Shown in pieces: positions 18,489 to 25,452 of a stretch of DNA of 64,000 nucleotides (its first letter is position 1; each line of letters begins with the position of its first letter). The position numbers were made by a program, and so were the translations under genes. A model generated the notes under the pieces. The model made no database searches. It was given only the letters and a program-made list of their open reading frames with translations, and had not been told where the DNA came from. This stretch comes from an uncultured Actinomycetes bacterium (GTDB taxonomy: Bacteria; Actinomycetota; Actinomycetes; Streptosporangiales; Streptosporangiaceae), in the NCBI GenBank assembly GCA_963699015.1, contig CAVOSX010000008.1, positions 241,804 to 305,803 of the forward strand, given 5' to 3'.

Positions 18489-19691
18489 TCAAGGCACCCA
18501 ATGCGGCGGTCCGGGTACCCGGGTGCCGCCCAGGTAGGCGAACCAGTGCCGGATAAGGTAGCCGTCTCCCTGAGGCTCGAAGCTGACCGAGTAGAACCCG
18601 TGACGCGCGCCATTCAGCGACCCGGGTGCCAGCGTCCAGGCCAGCATCCCGATTCCCAGGCGCTTCAGGTAGTGCATGTACCGGACCATGAGAGGCCGCG
18701 CGACCTGGTCGTTGACCGCCGGGCCGCCCCAGTAGTAGCTGCCGACGTAGTTGGCGAACTCCCCGTCCATCACCGGGATGCCCCGGGCGGCGAGGTAGCC
18801 GAACGCGGCATTCCAGGTTGACGGGTTAATCGGGGCGTCCCATCCCCACGGGGAGCCTGCGTGGTGGAAGTCGTAGACGATGTTGCTGCCCTTGAGCAGC
18901 GGCACGTCTTCCAGGGTGCTGCCCCAGCGGATGCCCTCCACCCAAAGCTGGTTGTAGGCGCCGTAGCGGCGGATGTAGTTCACCAGCGGCTGGAAGTCGT
19001 CGTACCACTGCTGCCATGAGCAGCGCCTCGGCTCGTTGAACAGGTCGAAGATGACGCGTGGCTTGCTGCCGTAGTAGTACATCATGTGCCGCCAGAACGC
19101 GAACGTGGCCATGGTGGGCAGCGGCTCGTTCTGCGCGTAGCCGGTGGACAACTCGGTCTGGTCGCTGATGACCACGACCAGGTGCTGCGCTAGCGCGTAC
19201 TGCACCAGTTCACGCACATCGTGCATGTAATAGGTGTGGAAGACGTTGCCGTTGACGCCGACCAGCCGGTCCTGCATGACCTGCAACCCGACCGTGTTGC
19301 CGTACCAGTAGTGCTTGATGGCGTATATCTGGCGTTCCATCCGCTCGATGAGCGCGGGGGACATGACGTAGCTTTGCAGCCCGGACAGCACGACGCCGCG
19401 CGGCGCGCCGTGTGGCCACCGGTAGGGGTGCACCGACGCGATGGCGGGCTGGGCGCTGCCGAGCTGGCCAACTTCGTAGACGCCACCTGTCGCCACGGCG
19501 GCAGCGAGGGCCGCGACGAGCAGCGGGCGGCCGAAACGGGGCTTGCGAGGCCGACGCCGGGGGTGCCGCAGGTAACGGCCGCACCTGGGGCAGGCGCGGC
19601 CCGATCCTCTGGCGCGCGCTGCGGCGGACGGAGCGCCTGGGTTCCCTGGCTGCTTAACTCGGGTCATTACGCATGGCCTTGTGAGCTTCAT
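18489..19691 (-). CDS. glycoside hydrolase family 5-like (cellulase/mannanase fold), membrane-anchored or secreted
   Basis: Catalytic acid/base motif LFNEPR and nucleophile motif MDGEFANY in the expected order and spacing of GH5. N-terminal basic region followed by hydrophobic helix LLVAALAAAVATGG. Start uncertain (19691 or the internal ATG near 19667). Confidence 0.7.
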   Translation of the reverse strand: MKLTRPCVMTRVKQPGNPGAPSAAARARGSGRACPRCGRYLRHPRRRPRKPRFGRPLLVAALAAAVATGGVYEVGQLGSAQPAIASVHPYRWPHGAPRGVVLSGLQSYVMSPALIERMERQIYAIKHYWYGNTVGLQVMQDRLVGVNGNVFHTYYMHDVRELVQYALAQHLVVVISDQTELSTGYAQNEPLPTMATFAFWRHMMYYYGSKPRVIFDLFNEPRRCSWQQWYDDFQPLVNYIRRYGAYNQLWVEGIRWGSTLEDVPLLKGSNIVYDFHHAGSPWGWDAPINPSTWNAAFGYLAARGIPVMDGEFANYVGSYYWGGPAVNDQVARPLMVRYMHYLKRLGIGMLAWTLAPGSLNGARHGFYSVSFEPQGDGYLIRHWFAYLGGTRVPGPPHWVP

Positions 19692-19917
19692 GTGCGTAAG
19701 ACGCGATGGCCGTGACTGAGGTCACGGCAGGCGCCATGGGTGATTTCATCCCCGTTTCCTCCCCGGCCGGCGCGGGCGGGCTCATCACTGACCAGGCGAA
19801 ATCGTACGTCCGGCAACACTGACGCGTGGCCAATCGCGCGGGTTGCTTCCGTGACAACGCAACATATTGCCGCTGGACTGCATCTACTGGGTGAAGGCAC
19901 TCTCGCGCGGAGGTCCG

Positions 19918-20430
19918 GTGAACTTCGAAGAATTCGCGGCCGACCGGCTGCCGGCTGTGCTGAACTTCGCCGCCGTGCTGACCGGTGACCGCGGCCTGGC
20001 CGAGGACGTGGTGCAGGAGGTACTGATCAGGGCGAACGCGCGATGGCAGGTGATCGGGAGCCTGCACCGGCCTGAGGCCTACGTCCGCAAGATGATCGTC
20101 AACGAGTACCTGGCCTGGCGGCGCCGGTCGTGGCGCTTGGTGCTGTCCGGCACGAGCTCCGACATCGCGGGCGTGCCCGCACCCGATCCTGCCGCCGGAT
20201 ATGCCGAACGCGAGGCGATGCTGGCCGAGCTGACCAGGCTGCCCCGGCGGCAGCGCGCGGTGGTGGTGCTGCGCTACTACGAGGGCCTTTCCGATCAGGA
20301 GATCGCCGACGTCCTGGGCTGCAAGCCGGGCACCGTACGGGGTCACGCTTCCCGGGCGCTGGCTGCGCTCCGGGTCGAGCTAACCAGGGCGCCGGCGCGC
20401 GGACCGGTTGCGATCAAGGAGGAGTTCTGA
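19918..20430 (+). CDS. ECF-type RNA polymerase sigma-70 family factor
   Basis: Region 2 (LTGDRGLAEDVVQEVLIRANARW) and region 4 (LPRRQRAVVVLRYYEGLSDQEIADVLGCKPGTVRGHASRALAALR). GGAGG RBS before GTG 19918. Stop overlaps the next start (TGATG). Confidence 0.8.
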   Translation: MNFEEFAADRLPAVLNFAAVLTGDRGLAEDVVQEVLIRANARWQVIGSLHRPEAYVRKMIVNEYLAWRRRSWRLVLSGTSSDIAGVPAPDPAAGYAEREAMLAELTRLPRRQRAVVVLRYYEGLSDQEIADVLGCKPGTVRGHASRALAALRVELTRAPARGPVAIKEEF

Positions 20431-21737
20431 TGCGAACCGGATCTGAAGGATCCAGCCGCACGGAAAACGACCTGCGGGCGGCGCTGCCGCTGCTCGAGCG
20501 TCATGCGCCGAGCGCGGATGCGGTGCTTCGCGCGGTGCGCGAGCGTGACGGCCGGCGCGCACCGGGCCTGGTTCGCCGTGATGATGCTGTGCCGCGGCGC
20601 TGGCCGGGGTGGCTGGCCCCGGTGGCCGCCGCGGCCGCCGTGGTTGGCGTGATCATCGCGTCGCTGGCCATCTCCGGCGTGCTCCTGCACCGCCCGGCCA
20701 GCACCGGCCCGGCGGACTCCTCGGGTGTGCTGGCCAAAGTGCCCCCGTACTTCGTCGCCATTGGCGAGAACGCCGGGCGTGCGGTGGTCGGCGCGACCGC
20801 CGGCGGAGGCGTGCGAGGGACCATCGCGCCCCCCAGGCCGTACACGGCGTTCAGGTGGGTGGCAGCCGCCGGTGACGGCCGGACGTTCGTTCTTGCCGCC
20901 GGGGTCCGGCCCAAGCAGGGCACATCCGCACTGGACTGGGGGCCGGTCAGGTTTTACCGGCTGATCCTGGACCGGTCCGGTCATCCGGGCCGCCTGGCCG
21001 CCCTGCCCATCCCCCCGGAAAAGGCGACCATCACGGGCCTGGCGCTGTCCCCTGATGGCGCCAAGCTCGCCGTATCCCTTCTGCCCGCCCACGGCAAGAC
21101 CGGCTCCGCCATTCAGGTCTTCTCGGTCGCGACCGGGGCCCGCCGGGAGTGGGTGTGGCCTGGCCCTGGAATGATCGGCGAGATCGCCATCGATGCGGGC
21201 GGCAGCGGCTCAAACTCGTGGCAGGCGGATAACCGGACGCTGATGTTCGAGGTGACCACCCGCGCCGGAAACGGGAACACACCCGGGCAGCTCCGCCTGC
21301 TCGACACCGCCGCCGCCGGCGGCAGGCTGCTGGCATCGAGCGCGCGGATCCCCATTCCGAGCAACGAGGTCGGCTGGCAACACAGCAACGCCGCGCACCG
21401 CATCATCGGGATTCCGCTCATCACCGGCGACGGCACCAAAGTCGTCGCCCCGTTCTTCCACCTGTCCGCCCCGCCGCGGGTATTCGGTTTCACGATCACC
21501 GAGTTCTCGGTGCGAACCGGGAAGCCCGTACAGGTCCTGTACCAGCGGCGGACCGGCACCGAGGCCGCCTCCACCAGCGTGTGGTGGGTGAACACCTCCG
21601 GTACCGCGATGATCGTCGGCCGGGGATCGGTAGTCGGCGTCCAGACCCCGACCACGTTCACCCCGCTGCCCCCCAGCACCCAGCGCCTGTTCATCCAGCG
21701 CCGATCGGGCTTCCTCCTCCGGGTGCCGGCCTGGTAG
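20430..21737 (+). CDS. ECF-associated anti-sigma factor candidate, single-pass membrane protein with large extracytoplasmic domain
   Basis: Translationally coupled to the sigma gene. Short cytoplasmic N-terminus (about 50 aa), a TM segment LAPVAAAAAVVGVIIASLAISGVLL, then about 350 aa extracytoplasmic. Confidence 0.6.
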   Translation: MRTGSEGSSRTENDLRAALPLLERHAPSADAVLRAVRERDGRRAPGLVRRDDAVPRRWPGWLAPVAAAAAVVGVIIASLAISGVLLHRPASTGPADSSGVLAKVPPYFVAIGENAGRAVVGATAGGGVRGTIAPPRPYTAFRWVAAAGDGRTFVLAAGVRPKQGTSALDWGPVRFYRLILDRSGHPGRLAALPIPPEKATITGLALSPDGAKLAVSLLPAHGKTGSAIQVFSVATGARREWVWPGPGMIGEIAIDAGGSGSNSWQADNRTLMFEVTTRAGNGNTPGQLRLLDTAAAGGRLLASSARIPIPSNEVGWQHSNAAHRIIGIPLITGDGTKVVAPFFHLSAPPRVFGFTITEFSVRTGKPVQVLYQRRTGTEAASTSVWWVNTSGTAMIVGRGSVVGVQTPTTFTPLPPSTQRLFIQRRSGFLLRVPAW

Positions 21738-21864
21738 GCGCGAAACGCCCAGCCGGCCGGCCAGCCGGCCCGTCGCAGCGTGAAGCTCTCGAGCTGTGCT
21801 GGCGGCCGAACGCGCGGTCGTGGAGCCGGGCGGGTGGTCGTCACGACGATGAGCTTCTGCGACG

Positions 21865-22021
21865 GCGCGCCGGTGCGATCGCGATCACGCCGGACGGGAA
21901 GACCCTCTACGCCGCCGCAGAGCACAAGGTCATCCCGATCAGCACTGCCACCAACACACCAGGCAAGCCCATCCCCGTCTCGATCCGAGTCGGTTTGCCG
22001 GGCGGCGTGGTCACGCCCTGA
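21865..22021 (+). pseudogene. fragment of a YVTN-type beta-propeller repeat protein
   Basis: AIAITPDGKTLYAAAEHKVIPISTATNTPGKPIPV is a textbook YVTN propeller blade. It is isolated and surrounded by non-coding, frame-broken sequence. Confidence 0.3.
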
Positions 22022-22216
22022 CCTGCGCGGCAGCACGACCATGATCCCGGCGATCCCGAGCAGCCACCGCGGCGGCATCCGGGCGGGCGTAGGCGCCCAA
22101 GCGGGCACCGGCAGCCGGTACCGAACCGAGACGACCTGCCGAGCGCAGCCGGGTTAGGCTTTTCGTGTTGTTGCGCTGGCAAGGAGATGCTGCTGATGGC
22201 AGGGCCGTGGCACCCG

Positions 22217-22618
22217 ATGAGAGCGGGCATGGCTGGCCGCGGTCATCTGCGTGCATCCGACGCCGAGCGCGAGCAGGTGATCGACGCGCTCAAGAGCGCG
22301 TTCGTGTACGGCCTGCTGGGCAAGGACGATCTGTGCCTGCGCGCGGGCCAGGCGCTCTCGGCACGGACGTACACGGAGCTGGCCGCCTTGACCGCCGACA
22401 TCCCCGTTGGCCTGATCGCACCCCCGCCGCCGGCGATTCCCGGACGTTCCCGCAGGACGGTGAGCAAGAAGGTCATCGTGTGGGCCGCATGCCTCCTTAT
22501 CCTGGGACCGGCCGTGGGGGCCGCTTTCCTCACCTTCTACGGCGGGTTCGTGGTCATGTTCGTGCTCGCGTTCATCGGGGCGACGGCGACCGCCAGCCCG
22601 CCTCGTGAGGGCGCCTGA
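22217..22618 (+). CDS. DUF1707 (SHOCT-like) domain membrane protein
   Basis: LRASDAEREQVIDALKSAFVYGLLGKDDL is the DUF1707 signature. Two C-terminal TM helices. Confidence 0.6.
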   Translation: MRAGMAGRGHLRASDAEREQVIDALKSAFVYGLLGKDDLCLRAGQALSARTYTELAALTADIPVGLIAPPPPAIPGRSRRTVSKKVIVWAACLLILGPAVGAAFLTFYGGFVVMFVLAFIGATATASPPREGA

Positions 22619-22675
22619 ACCGGCGCGCGCCTCAGCGACGACCACAGCGACCCAGCTGCGCACGTGCCGAAGGCG

Positions 22676-23206
22676 TCACCACACAGAGCCGTGCCGCCAG
22701 TCACAGGCAAGATCGCCCGACACGTCAACCGGTACCGACACCGGCAGAACGTAGATGGCGCCATCCTTATCCGCGGTGCGGCGGATCCCGTCCGGGGTGA
22801 GCGCGGACGAGGGTCCGCGCCACAGCTGCCACCCGCGCGAGGCGTAAAGGCGGCCGCCCTCGATGCTGGCGCCGAGCGCGCCGAGCTGATATGCCGATCG
22901 CACGATTCGTTCCAGCACCGACATCATCGCTGCGCCGTGGCCGCGCCGCCGCCGGTCATCGCGCACCACGACGCCCTCGATGTATCCGGTGCGCAGCGCC
23001 CGGCCGCCGTGCAGCATGCGCCGCTGAACGACGCTGGCGTGGCCCACCAGAGCGCCATCGTCAACGACGAGCGCATGCACGCCGCCCAGCACGTTCTCGA
23101 AGGTGTCATCCGAGACGCCGCCGAAGGCCGCGTCCATCAAGACGCGGATGGCAGACCTCGTCCCGCAGTCAAGATCGGCGGTGTGGGCGGTTCGCAGCTC
23201 GATCAC
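22676..23206 (-). CDS. aminoglycoside 2'-N-acetyltransferase AAC(2')-like GNAT acetyltransferase
   Basis: Near-collinear match to mycobacterial AAC(2')-I proteins: RTAHTADLD...GGVHALV...ALVGHASVVQRRMLHGGRALRTGYIEGVVVRDDRRRRGHG...AYQLGALGASIEGGRLYASRGW..WRGPSSALTPDG...DGAIYVLP...DLACDWRHGSVW. GTG start at 23206. Confidence 0.75.
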   Translation of the reverse strand: MIELRTAHTADLDCGTRSAIRVLMDAAFGGVSDDTFENVLGGVHALVVDDGALVGHASVVQRRMLHGGRALRTGYIEGVVVRDDRRRRGHGAAMMSVLERIVRSAYQLGALGASIEGGRLYASRGWQLWRGPSSALTPDGIRRTADKDGAIYVLPVSVPVDVSGDLACDWRHGSVW

Positions 23207-23636
23207 GTGCGAGCCGGGCAGCTCTCGTGTACCCACGTCCCGCTGACGCGCCTGCGAGCGTCCTGCCCGGGCGCTATGCGCTGTTCGCAGCGCCCGCAAC
23301 CCTGGCCGACCGGACGCGCCGCGTTACCGTCCACGGCCGTAGCCGCCGCCTGCTCCAGGCCGAGCCCCACCGGGCGAGAGCTTGTCACGGGAACGCCGAC
23401 CCCGCCAGGGCAGAAATGCTCGAGATGTGCCGCGCGTACCCGCTCGTCGATCTGCGTCTGGTCCTCCCAGCGCCCCAAGTCAGTCCACCTCCGCTAAGGC
23501 CCCGTCGCGAGGCAGGAAGGACGCGCGGGCATGGATCAGAACGGCGAGCTCAGCCCAGCTTAGCGCCCGCAGGGCGGCGGCCCCCAGTGCGCATTGACCG
23601 CTTGACTCTTCCGCTGCGTCAGCTGGTTGACTGACC

Positions 23637-24470
23637 GTGATGTACGGGATAGGCACCGTGGCCCGGCTGGCGCAGGTGTCGGTGCGCACGTTGCGGCACT
23701 ACGACGAACTCGGCCTGCTCAAGCCGGCCCACGTGGATCCGCTGACCGGTTACCGGCACTACACGCCAGACCAGGTGCTGCGCCTGCACCGCATCCTAGT
23801 GCTTCGCGACCTCGGCGTGCCGTTGTCCGAGGTCGGGCAGCTGATCGCGAGCGACGTCAGCGTCGAACAGCTCCGCGCAATCCTGCGCTTGCGCCGCAGC
23901 GAGGCCCGCGCCCAGCTGGCCGCACAGACCGAACAGCTCCGGCGGGTGGAGATCAGGCTCGCGCAACTCAAGGAGAGAACGATGATGGCCTGCGAGGTGA
24001 TCGTCAAGCGACTCGCCCCGGTGCGGGTGGTCGCGCTGACCGAGGATCTGACGGGCGTGGACCAGATCGGTGCCGCGTGCGGCCGCATGTACCCCCGGCT
24101 GCACGCGGCCCTGGCGCAGCACCGGCTGCGATTCGAAGGCTTGTCCCTCGCCCTGTACGAGGACACCGGCGACGAGCGCCGGCCGCTTCGGGTCACGACC
24201 GCGCTGCCGGTGCCGGGCGGGGTGAGCATCGAGGGCGGCGGACTGGTCACGATCGAGTTGCCCGCCGTGCCGCGCGCGGCGACGACCGTGGTGCGCGGCG
24301 CGCCGGACCAGTTCGCCGACGCGTTCGGCGCGCTTCACGAGTGGATTGACCGCAACGGCGACCGGGCGACGTCGTTCGATCGGGAGCTGTACATCGACTG
24401 TGATGGCGCACCCGAGACGTGGGTGACCGAGCTTCAGGCAATACTGCAGCCGGAGCCCTCGGCCGGCTAA
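23637..24470 (+). CDS. MerR family transcriptional regulator with C-terminal GyrI-like effector domain (TipA/BmrR-like)
   Basis: N-terminal MerR HTH (IGTVARLAQVSVRTLRHYDELGLL), coiled-coil linker, about 150-aa C-terminal effector-binding domain. Confidence 0.85.
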   Translation: MMYGIGTVARLAQVSVRTLRHYDELGLLKPAHVDPLTGYRHYTPDQVLRLHRILVLRDLGVPLSEVGQLIASDVSVEQLRAILRLRRSEARAQLAAQTEQLRRVEIRLAQLKERTMMACEVIVKRLAPVRVVALTEDLTGVDQIGAACGRMYPRLHAALAQHRLRFEGLSLALYEDTGDERRPLRVTTALPVPGGVSIEGGGLVTIELPAVPRAATTVVRGAPDQFADAFGALHEWIDRNGDRATSFDRELYIDCDGAPETWVTELQAILQPEPSAG

Positions 24471-25426
24471 CGCGTCGCCGCCCAGCGCAGGGTGAACCGT
24501 TCCAGCCGGTAGTTGAACGCGTTCACGGTCGGCTGGATGAAGTTATCCCTGATCGTCCGCGCGGCCTGGGCTTCGGCCGTGCTGATCAGTGGCCGGGTGA
24601 TCTGCGGGTCATGCCGCGACCGGTAGAACGCGATCTGCTGGGCCTGCGCATACAGCACCGAGTCCGGGAACTGAGGCCGCAGCAGGACCCCGCAGCCGAG
24701 CCCGGGATATGTCCAGCTGTGCTGGGTGGCCACCGGTGCCGAAGGGACGTTGTCGATGGTGATGTCGTGCGCCGACGTCGGGAGTTGCGGCGGCGGGAGG
24801 ACCATCGTGATCGCCACCCGGCCGGGCACGCGCTGGCGCGGGCGGCTGAGCACCTGCAACTGGTAGTGCCGGCCGGCCGGCTTCCACCAGGCCGGTCCCG
24901 GGTTGAGGTCGACCGTCGCCGACGCGTGGCCCACGGCATGGAAGGTGCCGGCGTACCAGCACGGCAGCGGCCCCATGTCCTTGGACACCTTGCGCGTGAA
25001 CAGGAAATTGAAGTTGGCCTGGCCGAGCGCGGGCCTCGAGATGCCCTCGATCCTCTGCAGCACCCACGGGCCTAGATCGGTGTTTGTCGTGGTGCCGGCG
25101 GTGATGGCCTGCCAGGGCCAGCCGAACCTGATGCTCGGCAGATGGATATTGAAGCCGAGGAAATGCAGGGCAGCGGACAGCGCCATGAGGATCACTGACG
25201 CGATCGCTCGGCGGAATATGAGCCCCGCGACAACTACGACCGCACCGCCCTTGATCCACAGCGGAATGCGCCGGCGGCGCGGGCGCGCGGGATCGCCGTA
25301 CCAGTACTCCTGGTCCCGCCGCCGGGGCGAACGGCCGGCCCCGGCTCGTGCGGATGCCCGGCGCGCTGGCCTGTTCATCGTGGCCAGCCCCAGCAGGCAG
25401 AGCCACAGACGAACCACGCGGCCCAC
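24467..25426 (-). CDS. hypothetical membrane-anchored protein, last gene of the peptidoglycan-hydrolase operon
   Basis: 319 aa. N-terminal Arg-rich segment then a TM helix (GGAVVVVAGLIF…ILMALSAALHFLGF), then an extracytoplasmic domain. A 26-bp gap from the upstream hydrolase gene. Confidence 0.45.
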   Translation of the reverse strand: MGRVVRLWLCLLGLATMNRPARRASARAGAGRSPRRRDQEYWYGDPARPRRRRIPLWIKGGAVVVVAGLIFRRAIASVILMALSAALHFLGFNIHLPSIRFGWPWQAITAGTTTNTDLGPWVLQRIEGISRPALGQANFNFLFTRKVSKDMGPLPCWYAGTFHAVGHASATVDLNPGPAWWKPAGRHYQLQVLSRPRQRVPGRVAITMVLPPPQLPTSAHDITIDNVPSAPVATQHSWTYPGLGCGVLLRPQFPDSVLYAQAQQIAFYRSRHDPQITRPLISTAEAQAARTIRDNFIQPTVNAFNYRLERFTLRWAATR

Positions 25427-25452
25427 CTTCCTCCGTCCACGGTCGCGGGCAT

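Noticed and set aside
19800-19917. ECF-type promoter upstream of the sigma gene
   Set aside because: Looked for a GGAAC-like -35 with a CGT-containing -10 at 16-17 bp spacing. Only weak candidates (GCAAC…CGCG) were found, not convincing enough to annotate.
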